Source: an uncultured Armatimonadetes bacterium
GTDB lineage: Bacteria; Armatimonadota; Hebobacteria; Hebobacterales; Hebobacteraceae
Direction of reading: 5' to 3'
Length of the DNA stretch: 64,000 nt
Assembly (NCBI GenBank): GCA_963716175.1
Contig: OY970296.1
Location: forward strand, 288,001-352,000
Positions 1-8,728 of this stretch are shown piece after piece; the stretch's first letter is position 1, and the number at the start of each line of letters is the position of its first letter. The notes beneath the pieces are model-generated. The model had not been told where the DNA came from. It did no database searches and was given only the letters and a program-made list of their open reading frames with translations. Made by a program: the position numbers and the translations under genes.

Positions 1-1543
1 ACACGGCTTCACCACGAGCTTCCTGCGGCCGCTGAGCATTGCCATCGTCGGTAAGGTGAATGGGCATCCGGACCTCTACAACGCGCCCCTGCAGCCGCTC
101 CTCTTGAGCATCGCGTTCAACCTGGGCACCAGTAGCGACCGAGTGGTGGCAGCACTGGCAACTCTGTTCGGGCTGCTCACGGCCTTCATGGCGTACCTGC
201 TGGGAGCTCGCCTGCTTGACTGGCGAGCAGGAGCGCTGGCCGCGGTGGTAGTGTCTATGAGCGCGGGGCTTCTGCAGTCCAACATCTCGGGGACGAACAC
301 GACTCTGCTCGCGTTCCTGATCGGCCTGCTGTTCTACCTCGTCCTGACCCACCGCGGTACGCTTCGCAGAAGCATGGTGTGCGGCGGCATATCCGGGCTG
401 GCTTGTCTCACCGAGTACGTCGCGCTGATGCTTGCCTTGCCAGTCGCCGGTCTCCTCTTCCTGCCTTCGCGGCCGGCCAGGGCCCGCCATGTCGGGCTCT
501 TCGTGGCCGGCTTGGTGATCGTCGTGCTCCCGTGGCTGATACGCAACCAGATCGTGGCCGGCAGCCCTTTTGCCACCCTCAAGTCATACTCGATCGCGAT
601 GTACGGCGACAGCTATCCCTCGACGAGTCTCTACCGATTGCCAAGCCGCGATGGCATCGCCCCCCTCACATTCGTGTCAGGGCACCCTAGCGAGGTCGCC
701 AAGAAGCTCCTGGTCAACCTCGCTTCCCTCCAATCGTCGCTTCCTGGAACTTACGGGCTGGTCCTTTTCGCGCTGTTCGCCATGTCCCTATTCCTTGACC
801 TGGGCAGCACAGCAGCAAACCGCATGAAATGGGGGGTCGCAATCGGGATCGCCCTGATGGCCGCCGGCGCGGCGATCGGCGAACCGCGTCTCGATCCTAT
901 CTACGCTCTTCTGGGGCCGATAGCAGCATTGGGCACCACAGCCTTCTTCGTCGCTCTGGAGGCCCGCGGGCTCAGTCGCAGCATGGTCTCGGCTGCCACG
1001 GCGGGCGTACTCGCACTCGCGGCCTTGCCTTGGGTGCTGAGCGCACTGCCAACCAGCGCCGACGACCGACCGGAAAGCCGAAGTCTGGACTACCTGTCGC
1101 GATCTCTGCCGCCTGGCGCGGTTGTCCTGACTGACAAGCCCTGGGCAGTCGCCTGGCACTCTGACCGCATCGCGGTTTGGCTCCCGCAAGCTCCTGCTCC
1201 CGACATCCGTCCTGGGAGCAAGCTGCTGCTGCGGGAGGCGGCAGACGCCACTGAAGCTGCTGGCTTCAGAGCGTTGGAGCGAGCCGGGGTCAGGCCCGAT
1301 GCCATCTTCCTGTCGTCGGAGCTGCCGTCGTATCCGGCGTTCGAGGACCTTGGCCGATGGCAGCTACTCCACCGGGTGATTGCCGCACAACTGGAGACTC
1401 CGCAGAGAGGAGAGACGGAGGGCCCGGTGTGGGTGCCGAAAGGATGGACTCTGGCCGCGAGCCTGCCACCGATGGACTTCGTGCTGACGCGATCCCGCCA
1501 GGCCGGACCCGCCGCAGGTATGAGACCGGAGGGCCGCCCGTAG
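1..1543 (+). CDS. GT-C fold membrane glycosyltransferase (ArnT/PMT-like, GT39/GT83), 5'-truncated by window edge
   Basis: The frame is open from base 2 (HGFTTSFLRPL...HPDLYNAPL), so the true start lies upstream. Many TM segments, a PWLIRN..G.PF motif and a soluble C-terminal domain. Confidence 0.75.
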   Translation, partial: HGFTTSFLRPLSIAIVGKVNGHPDLYNAPLQPLLLSIAFNLGTSSDRVVAALATLFGLLTAFMAYLLGARLLDWRAGALAAVVVSMSAGLLQSNISGTNTTLLAFLIGLLFYLVLTHRGTLRRSMVCGGISGLACLTEYVALMLALPVAGLLFLPSRPARARHVGLFVAGLVIVVLPWLIRNQIVAGSPFATLKSYSIAMYGDSYPSTSLYRLPSRDGIAPLTFVSGHPSEVAKKLLVNLASLQSSLPGTYGLVLFALFAMSLFLDLGSTAANRMKWGVAIGIALMAAGAAIGEPRLDPIYALLGPIAALGTTAFFVALEARGLSRSMVSAATAGVLALAALPWVLSALPTSADDRPESRSLDYLSRSLPPGAVVLTDKPWAVAWHSDRIAVWLPQAPAPDIRPGSKLLLREAADATEAAGFRALERAGVRPDAIFLSSELPSYPAFEDLGRWQLLHRVIAAQLETPQRGETEGPVWVPKGWTLAASLPPMDFVLTRSRQAGPAAGMRPEGRP

Positions 1544-1550
1544 CCGCTAG

Positions 1551-1571
1551 CCCGCGCTGGCCCTGCGCGGG
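1551..1571. terminator. Hairpin between convergent genes
   Basis: CCCGCGC-TGGCCCT-GCGCGGG between the stops at 1543 (+) and 1603 (-). No clear U tract. Confidence 0.35.
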
Positions 1572-1602
1572 ACGCAGCTTCGACCGGCACGCGCGACCGG
1601 GG

Positions 1603-3021
1603 CTAGTGTCGCCCGCGCTGGTCAGAGCTGGGAAGGCGCAGCGCGAGCCGGTACTTGGCGACAGTTCGCCTAGCCACCTGGAAGCCCCGCACTTGCAGGA
1701 TGCGACAGATTTGCTGATCCGTCAGCGGCCGCTCCGGGTCCTCCCGGGAAAGCAACTCGGCCACCACGGTCTTGGGCCCTGCAGCAACCAAGAAGAATGC
1801 TCCGAATGACATGAGCTTCCCGCTAGGCAGAAGCACGAACTTGTCGGAGATGGCACGCGACACGGTGGACGGGTGCTTGCCGATCTGCTCCGCGACCTGG
1901 CTTCGCGTGAGGGCTTTCATCTTGCCCTCCGCCTCGGTGTCCAGGAACGGGCGCTGAAACGCGGCCACGTTCTCAGCTATCTGCCGTAGCGTCTGCTCGC
2001 GCAGGGACAGGCACTGGAGCAGCCAGGTGGCGCGGCGGCACTGCTCGAGTGCCAGCTCGTGCTCCGGCGAACCGCTACCGTTTTTCCACGCGAGGCCCTC
2101 CAGCCGCCGATAGGCCTCGCTCACCCGGAGCTCGAAGTCGCAGGGCTGCACCACCTCGACCACATAGTCCGCCAGGTCACGCCGGAAGATCACGTCCGGC
2201 CGCACCACGCTGAGTGGGTTGCTGCGGGGATGGTCATGGCGAGGGTGATACAGCCGGCCTGGATAGGGATGGAGGTTATCCCGGATGAACGCAACGGCCT
2301 CGTCCACGCGTTCCACCGAAGCTCCGAGCGCGCGCGCGGTCTTCTCGTAGGCGTGGTTCGCGAGGTCTCGCCAATGGTGAGACAGTATCGGTTCGACGAG
2401 ATCCGGCACTGGTGACGCAGACGCAAGTTCCCGCACCTGGATCAGCACTGACTCCTGGACCGAGCGAGCGCAGATACCTGGCGGGTCAAGGGACTGCAAC
2501 TGGGAGATGACTGCAGCAACGCGGGCCGTAGTCACCCCCAGCGCTTCGGCCGCTTCCTCCAGACTGCCCTCCAGCAGCCCGTCATCGGTAAGGGTTGCAG
2601 TCAGGTACTGGGCAATGGCGAGGTCGGAGGGCGGAAGCGCTACGCGGGCCTGAAGCCAAACGTACTGCCGCAGGCTGAGCGGGCTGCCGACGTTATCGAG
2701 CGGATCGTAATCATCATCCTCGTGGCTGCCGCGAGACAGCAGTGGGGGAAGTGGGGCATCCTCGTAGTCGCTTGCCCGGGGCGCCTCTCCTCCGGCCCCT
2801 TGCCTACAGAACAAGCAGACACCGTTGGACAGGCCGCGCCCGCAGATCTCGCACACTGAGTCCCAGACTACTTCCAGAGCCGGATTCAGCGTGACCTCTT
2901 CCTCGATCCGGAGCTGGAGTTGCTCGGACGACATCTCGAGTATGGCTCCGGCCGCCAGCAGCCTGGGGCTGATCCGCTGAGTCTGAACGTTTCGAGAATG
3001 CAGTCTCTGGGCAACGCGCAT
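1603..3021 (-). CDS. rpoN: RNA polymerase sigma-54 factor
   Basis: Region I (ILEMSSEQL..RIEEE...NPALE), LQSLDPPGICARS core-binding motif, HPSTVSRA HTH and the RpoN box ARRTVAKYR. Confidence 0.97.
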   Translation of the reverse strand: MRVAQRLHSRNVQTQRISPRLLAAGAILEMSSEQLQLRIEEEVTLNPALEVVWDSVCEICGRGLSNGVCLFCRQGAGGEAPRASDYEDAPLPPLLSRGSHEDDDYDPLDNVGSPLSLRQYVWLQARVALPPSDLAIAQYLTATLTDDGLLEGSLEEAAEALGVTTARVAAVISQLQSLDPPGICARSVQESVLIQVRELASASPVPDLVEPILSHHWRDLANHAYEKTARALGASVERVDEAVAFIRDNLHPYPGRLYHPRHDHPRSNPLSVVRPDVIFRRDLADYVVEVVQPCDFELRVSEAYRRLEGLAWKNGSGSPEHELALEQCRRATWLLQCLSLREQTLRQIAENVAAFQRPFLDTEAEGKMKALTRSQVAEQIGKHPSTVSRAISDKFVLLPSGKLMSFGAFFLVAAGPKTVVAELLSREDPERPLTDQQICRILQVRGFQVARRTVAKYRLALRLPSSDQRGRH

Positions 3022-3029
3022 GATTGGTC

Positions 3030-3854
3030 TCAGAGGCGGTCAGCGGTCTCGCCGCGGGTCTCGTAGCTATCAGCTCCCGCGTCAGATCCTCTCCGTCCGA
3101 CACGCCCGGGGTCTTCAGTCTTGGATTGGACCTGTGCCAGGAGCGCGCGCAGGTACCGACGCGCCTCTGGCGCCAATCGCAGGAAACGGAAACCATAGCA
3201 GTGCCAGAGCGGCCCTCGCTCCCCGACCGGCTGATACCAGACTGGCTGAGCCATGAGGCGGCCCTCCCGGGCGCCACCCTCGGTCGGAACAGACAGGACA
3301 ACAGGGCCCTCGAGCGTCAGACGAGCGCGGAAGGAGGCCCTGAGCCCCCGCTGAGCGATGTCGTCGGTATGCCCGGATATGGCCACGGCAGGAGGATCTA
3401 CGCTACCGGCGGGCCAGGCTCGAATCGGCAGAACAGCGGCGAAGCGCGGCTGCCTGCGCCGCTGCAAGTACTCGACGCGCCGGGGACCAGCCACCATGAT
3501 CTCAATCACGCAGTCCCGGATGGAGAGGCCCGTCACGCGGGAGTGAAACTGGCCCCAGCCGCGAGGCGAGGCGAATCCCACCTCTACCGCAGTATGCAGC
3601 GAGATCGAGTCCGGGTACCAGTCCCGTGCCCAGGCCCATACCAGCAGAGACTCCGAGCTTTGGTCCAGAACTGTTGCCGAGTAGGCGCCGGCACCAGGGC
3701 CGGTCCGGACACGGATTCTCACGCGCTCCCCCCGTTTCAGCCCAACTGGGGACTGGCTTGCGCTCTTCCGGTCCATGCCGGGAAGCGCTGGCTGACGCGG
3801 GGAACTGCTCGACTCTGAAGAAGAAGACCACCCGCTCGACGGACGCTCTGTCAT
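3030..3854 (-). CDS. PilZ-domain (YcgR-like) c-di-GMP receptor
   Basis: RxxxR motif (QRRRQPRF) followed by a D-x-S-x-x-G-like motif (DIAQRG) and C-terminal YGFRF. The ORF-track start at 3992 overlaps a sigma54 promoter, so ATG 3854 or 3776 is more likely. Confidence 0.75.
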   Translation of the reverse strand: MTERPSSGWSSSSESSSSPRQPALPGMDRKSASQSPVGLKRGERVRIRVRTGPGAGAYSATVLDQSSESLLVWAWARDWYPDSISLHTAVEVGFASPRGWGQFHSRVTGLSIRDCVIEIMVAGPRRVEYLQRRRQPRFAAVLPIRAWPAGSVDPPAVAISGHTDDIAQRGLRASFRARLTLEGPVVLSVPTEGGAREGRLMAQPVWYQPVGERGPLWHCYGFRFLRLAPEARRYLRALLAQVQSKTEDPGRVGRRGSDAGADSYETRGETADRL

Positions 3855-3968
3855 TGGCGCGAGCTCCAGGCAGACAAAGCACAGCGGCCTCGGCCTGCAG
3901 TCCCCTCTGTGCATTGTCGGACCGGCTGTGACGCGATCGGATGGTCTGCCAATCCACTGGGCCCGAAA

Positions 3969-3984
3969 CGCAACATCCGTGCCA
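3969..3984 (-). promoter_or_regulatory. Sigma54 -24/-12 promoter for PilZ-rpoN
   Basis: The minus strand reads TGGCACGGATGTTGCG (GG-N10-GC, matching TGGCACG-N4-TTGC). It lies just past the activator stop codon at 4002. Confidence 0.8.
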
Positions 3985-4001
3985 CAAGCCATAGGTGGGT
4001 T

Positions 4002-5447
4002 TCATGGCTTTCGCGCTCGGGAGGTTGTGCCGCGGCGCCACAGATCCCATCTATCGGCGTGATAGCGGACCCACCTGGGTGAGACGCCGAGTAGCTGCGC
4101 CGCCAAAGTGGCATTGCCATTGGTCTTCATCAGCGCCTCGCCCAGGGCGGCCCTCTGCAGCTGTTCGCCTCCCCGGCGAAGGAAAACCGAAGGACCCCAC
4201 GCCGTCACTGGCTGGAACCTGAGCTCAGGTGATCCCAGCCGGACCGCGTCTGGCAGCAGAGAGGGGTCGATCTCTGTTGCTTCGGGTTCGGCCAGCACCA
4301 CCGCCCGCTCGACGTAGTTCTCCAACTCACGGGCGTTGCCCGGCCAAGGGTAGCGCCGCAGCAGTTCGAGCGCCTCCGGAGATACCCTCGCGATCCGCTT
4401 CCCGTTCGCCCGGGCGTAGATTTGGACGAAGTGCGTTGCGAGTGGCTCAATATCCTCGGGACGCTGCCGCAAAGGCAGCAGGCCAATCTCGACCACTTTC
4501 AAGCGGTAGTACAGGTCCTCGCGAAAGGTGCGTTCCCGGACCGCAGTCGCAAGATCACGGTTGGTGGCGGCGATGATCCTGACATCAACGGTCAGGGTAT
4601 CCGTGCCCCCGACACGTTCGAACTGACGCTCCTGGAGAACCCGCAGCAGCTTCACCTGCAGGTCTACGGGCATTTCGGCGATCTCGTCCAAGAACAGCGT
4701 GCCGCCATCGGCGAGCTCGAAACGTCCAGGCTTCTGCCGGTCTGCCCCGGTAAAGGCCCCCTTCTCGTGCCCGAACAGCTCACTCTCCAGCAAGTCCCGG
4801 GAGAGGGCGCCGCACGAGACTGCGACAAATGGGCCTGACCGGCCCTTCATGCTGTGGATGGCACGGGCAAACAGCTCTTTCCCCGTGCCGCTTTCCCCTG
4901 TGAGGAGCACCGTGGCCCGACTCGGTGCCACCCGCCGGACCAGGTCCAGGGCCTGCTGAAGCCAGGGACCCTGGCCCACTATGCCCAGACCATACGCGCC
5001 CGGCGCGGCCGGCTGGCGCCCACGACTAGCGGCCGGCTGGCGCCCACGACTAGCTGGGGAAATGGGGGTTTGGGTGGAAGACGAGCCGAGCGCTTCCGCC
5101 ACAGTCGCCCGCACCGCATCCAAGTCCAGCGGCTTCTGGAAGTAGTGAAACGCTCCCTGCCTGAGGGCTTTCACCGCGGTCTCGATGGTTCCGTACGACG
5201 AAACCAGGATCACGGGGAGAGTCGGCCGCACTTGGTGGGCCGCGTCCAGCAGTTCAAATCCGTTAAGCGAGGGGATGACCAGCTCGGAGATCAGCAGGTC
5301 AACGTTCTCCTCCGTGATGACCTGGCACGCTTCCTCGCCGTCCCTCGCCGCCCGCACGTAGTGCCCGTCCTTCTCCAGCGCCGCGCCCAGTCTCCGGCTG
5401 GAGTCGGCCTCGTCGTCCGCAACCAGAATGTAGGAGCGTGTGCTCAT
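4002..5447 (-). CDS. Sigma54-dependent enhancer-binding activator (REC-AAA+-Fis HTH; NtrC/AtoC family) with atypical receiver
   Basis: Walker A GESGTGKE, GAFTGA loop, LFLDEI, WPGNAREL and C-terminal HTH GNATLAAQLLGVS. The receiver has Glu55 where the phospho-Asp is expected. Confidence 0.95.
   Translation of the reverse strand: MSTRSYILVADDEADSSRRLGAALEKDGHYVRAARDGEEACQVITEENVDLLISELVIPSLNGFELLDAAHQVRPTLPVILVSSYGTIETAVKALRQGAFHYFQKPLDLDAVRATVAEALGSSSTQTPISPASRGRQPAASRGRQPAAPGAYGLGIVGQGPWLQQALDLVRRVAPSRATVLLTGESGTGKELFARAIHSMKGRSGPFVAVSCGALSRDLLESELFGHEKGAFTGADRQKPGRFELADGGTLFLDEIAEMPVDLQVKLLRVLQERQFERVGGTDTLTVDVRIIAATNRDLATAVRERTFREDLYYRLKVVEIGLLPLRQRPEDIEPLATHFVQIYARANGKRIARVSPEALELLRRYPWPGNARELENYVERAVVLAEPEATEIDPSLLPDAVRLGSPELRFQPVTAWGPSVFLRRGGEQLQRAALGEALMKTNGNATLAAQLLGVSPRWVRYHADRWDLWRRGTTSRARKP
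5005..5054. repeat. Perfect 24-bp tandem duplication in the activator linker
   Basis: GCGGCCGGCTGGCGCCCACGACTA x2, encoding ASRGRQPA twice between the REC and AAA+ domains. Confidence 0.95.
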
Positions 5448-5920
5448 TCTTGGGTGCTAGGCTCCTCTCTCGCCGGGCTCAAGGCCTGGGAAGGACCAGT
5501 GCCGCCTGTCCCTGGCCGTGCTCGGTCCAGGCGAGGCGGGCCCGACGCGGACATGTGCGCGCGGGTGACGGAGCAGGCATTGAGGTGTAGGACCGAGACC
5601 GAGGCAAATGCCAGCACAGGGCGAGGTGACGAACAGGGCCGTGGAATGCCCTGTGTGCCCAGCCCTGCCCGTAGAGGATGTCTTCCCGCCCATCAGCCTT
5701 GCTACCGAGTCCACTCCTGCCCGCCGTTCAACAGAATGGGCACGTCGCTTCTGGGTCTGGGATGAAGGGACTGCGACTGCAGGTGAAGTTATCAACCGTA
5801 ATTCGACTGCCGATGAACTGCTTCCTCTTCCCGGCAGCCGAAAGTTACCTACTATTTAGCCGACTCCTTGCCTGCTGCCTGTGAACAAGTCTTGTGCTGT
5901 TCTCTGTACAATTGGCTGGT

Positions 5921-5936
5921 TGGCACTCAGGTTGCC
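5921..5936 (+). promoter_or_regulatory. Sigma54 promoter (distal) upstream of wza
   Basis: TGGCACTCAGGTTGCC, GG-N10-GC, intergenic. Confidence 0.65.
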
Positions 5937-6021
5937 CGAGGACCCTGTCTGTGCGGTTCTGCCAAGCCGAGCAAGTTACTGCGCTCCTCGCCGTGGCCTT
6001 ACGCTGCCGCCATTCCCGTTG

Positions 6022-6037
6022 TGGCACGATCTTTGCT
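6022..6037 (+). promoter_or_regulatory. Sigma54 promoter (proximal) upstream of wza
   Basis: TGGCACGATCTTTGCT, a full consensus match about 50 nt before ATG 6087. Confidence 0.88.
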
Positions 6038-6086
6038 ACCTAGCAGGCCAGGGCAGTTGACTCTGGTAAGCGAGGCTGAGGTGCGT

Positions 6087-7334
6087 ATGGCCACGAAGTC
6101 TGAGCCGCTTTGGGCTCTGGTCGTCGTCTGTGCGATCTGGGCGGTCGTGTCCTGGCCTGCGGCAGCTTTGGGCCAGGATGGTGCAGGGGAGGTAACCCCG
6201 CAGGAGGCCACCCCGGAACACGGTCCGGTCACAGCGCCAGCTACAGTCGCGTCGGAGTACACGATCCAGCCTGGAGACACCCTTCAAGTGACGGTGCTCG
6301 GCATGCCGGATTGCTCGGGCTCGTTTCTGGTGCGTCCAGAAGGCACCATCTTGGTGCAGAACGAGATGCTCGGTTCGGTGGCCGTGGCCGGCTCTACGGT
6401 TGCCGACGCCGGCAAGCTGCTGACCAGCCGCATCGGCGAGTACGTCAAAGACCCCACGGTGATCCTGTCCATAGCTCGTTTCCGGGTAACGGTAGTGGGC
6501 CTGGTGCGCGAGCCTGGGCAGTACGAAGTCGCGTCGGGCGCCCGTCTGTCCGAGGTGGTGGAGAAAGCGGGTGGGGCCACAGACGAGAGCCGGGACCTGA
6601 ACCGGGTTTACGTCACGAAGGCCTCCGGCAGCGAACTGCAGTTCGATCTCAGGGCGTTCAAGCAGCAGGGCGACCAGAGCCAGAACCCGCTGCTGGAGCC
6701 CGGTGACCGCGTCTCGGTAGGCAAACCCGTTACTGGCAGGTCTGAGGAGTTCCGGGTTACAGGTGCAGTGACCAAGCCAGGTGCGTACCCCTTGGGCGGC
6801 GGCGTCACGCGCATCTCAGACGCGGTTTCCAGCGCGGGGCGATGGACGGCGGATGCCAACCCCAGGGCGGCCCGGCTGATCCGGAAAGATGGCACCACAG
6901 TCGTGGTCGACATTACCCAACTGGACAGCCACTCGGGCAGCGAGCAAGACCTGGAACTCCGGGACGGGGACGAACTGCTCGTCCCGCGGAACACCGCCAT
7001 GGTGAACGTGCTTGGCGGAGTGAGAAAGCCGGGCCAGTACTACGTGGCCCCCGGGACTAGCCTGCTGGAGGTGATAACCACGGCTGGAGGACTGGAGGAG
7101 GGGGCAATCTTGAGCCAGTGCGCGGTGATCCGTGGCCAACCCCAGGCCAAGAGAATCCCCGTAGACCTCGAACGGCTGATGAAACAGGGGGACATGTCCC
7201 AGAACCCTCAGGTTCAGGACCGGGACGTGGTCTTTGTACCGGTGCGTGCGCCAGCGCGGGCGGGCACCAGGGGCACGTTTGATGCCATCGCCGACAACAT
7301 ATGGCGCTACCTCTGGGTATTTGGCGTCTTCTAG
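6087..7334 (+). CDS. wza: Polysaccharide export protein (Poly_export plus three SLBB domains)
   Basis: Signal peptide, YTIQPGDTLQVTV Poly_export motif and repeated V.G.V..PG.Y/AGG/NP.L..GD SLBB units. Start moved to ATG 6087 (GAGGTG SD, downstream of the promoters). Confidence 0.85.
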   Translation: MATKSEPLWALVVVCAIWAVVSWPAAALGQDGAGEVTPQEATPEHGPVTAPATVASEYTIQPGDTLQVTVLGMPDCSGSFLVRPEGTILVQNEMLGSVAVAGSTVADAGKLLTSRIGEYVKDPTVILSIARFRVTVVGLVREPGQYEVASGARLSEVVEKAGGATDESRDLNRVYVTKASGSELQFDLRAFKQQGDQSQNPLLEPGDRVSVGKPVTGRSEEFRVTGAVTKPGAYPLGGGVTRISDAVSSAGRWTADANPRAARLIRKDGTTVVVDITQLDSHSGSEQDLELRDGDELLVPRNTAMVNVLGGVRKPGQYYVAPGTSLLEVITTAGGLEEGAILSQCAVIRGQPQAKRIPVDLERLMKQGDMSQNPQVQDRDVVFVPVRAPARAGTRGTFDAIADNIWRYLWVFGVF

Positions 7335-7368
7335 CACTGCAGATTAGGAACGAGAGGGCCCGGAAATC

Positions 7369-7884
7369 ATGACTGCCCGCGAATTCTGGCGTATCTATCG
7401 GGAGATCTGCCGCAGGCGTTGGCTCGGCCTCTCCATTTTCGGTGCGAGCTTCGGCACAGTGCTCCTTGGCTGCATCGTCATGCCCCGGTACTACCGGGCC
7501 TCCGCCTACGTCATGCCCTCGGAAGTGGCCCTCAGCAGGCCCCTCATTCCGGGAGCTGCATCGGTCTCTGGTCAGGCCCCTGAGCGAGCCATTGATGCTC
7601 GCACCAGAGAGGAGCAGATGGCAACCTTGATGGGTCTCGCCGAAACCTCGGAGGTGCGGCAGAGGGCCATCAAGTCGCTAGGCCTGAACGCGACACCAGA
7701 GGAGTTGGCGAGGGCAGTCAACGTCGAACCCGGATCCGGGAGCATCATCAAAATCGAGCGCGGTGTCACGTACGCCGGCCGAGGCAGTGTCGCTGGCCAA
7801 CACCATCGCCCATCAGTTTGCGGCATACTACGAGGATCTCCGGAGCGTTCAGGCCAGGCTGAACCGCGAGTTCCTTCAGGGTGA
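7369..7884 (+). CDS. wzc: Wzc/GumC chain-length regulator, N-terminal fragment (frameshift near 7759)
   Basis: Wzz-like N-terminal TM and P.YYRASA motif. Removing one C at 7759 joins it to the next frame (IKIE-AVSRTPAEAVSLAN). Confidence 0.75.
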   Translation: MTAREFWRIYREICRRRWLGLSIFGASFGTVLLGCIVMPRYYRASAYVMPSEVALSRPLIPGAASVSGQAPERAIDARTREEQMATLMGLAETSEVRQRAIKSLGLNATPEELARAVNVEPGSGSIIKIERGVTYAGRGSVAGQHHRPSVCGILRGSPERSGQAEPRVPSG

Positions 7885-8728
7885 GGTGGCGCAGGCTGAG
7901 GCTGAGAGGCAGCGCGCGAAGTCCAATCTGCAGGCGTTCAAGGGCCGCGCGGGCGAAGCCGCTCTGCCGCCGGGCTCGGATAGGAATCCGTTTCTCTCGC
8001 AATTCTACGCGCTCCGCGCTCAGATTGATGACACCCGATCGCGTCTGGAGTCGGTCGAGGGCCGCCTTCGGGTCGCTCGTGGTGAGTTGGACAGGCAGTC
8101 GCCGACTCGGCAGACCGAGACCAGCACCAGCGATAATCTGGTAACCCAGCAGCTTCAGGACGAGCTCGCGAGGCTGGAGAAGGAGCTGGTCTCCGCCCAG
8201 AGCCGGTATACAGAGAAGCATCCGAAAGTCCGAGATCTGAAGGCCCAGATCGCCGGCATCCGGGGGCGGCTGTCGCGCCAAGACGACAGGATGGTCAGCA
8301 ACCGGACCATCCAGGCCAACCCCGTCTACGAGAAGCTTGGCAATGAGATCGTGGACCTGAGCGGCGAGCGAGCAGCCCTGGCCTCCCAGCTCGGGGCGCT
8401 GACGAAGGCGATGGCGGCCAACGAGGAGCGGGCAGGACGCCTGGCCGATAGCTCGGTGCTGCTGACCGCTAAGACCCGCGAATACGATGATGCCCAGGAC
8501 AGATATCGCGCGTCTGAAGACGATCCTGGACCAGGCCAGGGTGGACGAGAAGGCGAGCGCGAAGGCCGCGCTGATCCAGGTTGTGGACGAAGCGAAATGG
8601 GCCACCGGCGCGGTGATGCAGAGAGGCCCTTCACCGGCCCAACTCCTGCTGGCCGGACTGGCGCTCAGCATCTGCCTAGCGTTGGGCACTATCCTTGGCC
8701 TGGCGTTCGTCGACGACAGGATCCATAG
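7763..8728 (+). CDS. wzc: Wzc periplasmic coiled-coil fragment (second frameshift near 8507)
   Basis: Coiled coil with the SRYTEKHPKV motif typical of GumC/Wzc. Removing one C at 8507 gives DRY-ARLKTILDQA. Confidence 0.75.
   Translation: MSRTPAEAVSLANTIAHQFAAYYEDLRSVQARLNREFLQGEVAQAEAERQRAKSNLQAFKGRAGEAALPPGSDRNPFLSQFYALRAQIDDTRSRLESVEGRLRVARGELDRQSPTRQTETSTSDNLVTQQLQDELARLEKELVSAQSRYTEKHPKVRDLKAQIAGIRGRLSRQDDRMVSNRTIQANPVYEKLGNEIVDLSGERAALASQLGALTKAMAANEERAGRLADSSVLLTAKTREYDDAQDRYRASEDDPGPGQGGREGEREGRADPGCGRSEMGHRRGDAERPFTGPTPAGRTGAQHLPSVGHYPWPGVRRRQDP

Noticed and set aside
5868-6086. ORF-track N-terminal extensions of wza (also 3855-3992, 28902-28928 and 31611-31658)
   Set aside because: They overlap sigma54 promoter motifs and lack domain-like sequence; downstream starts fit better.
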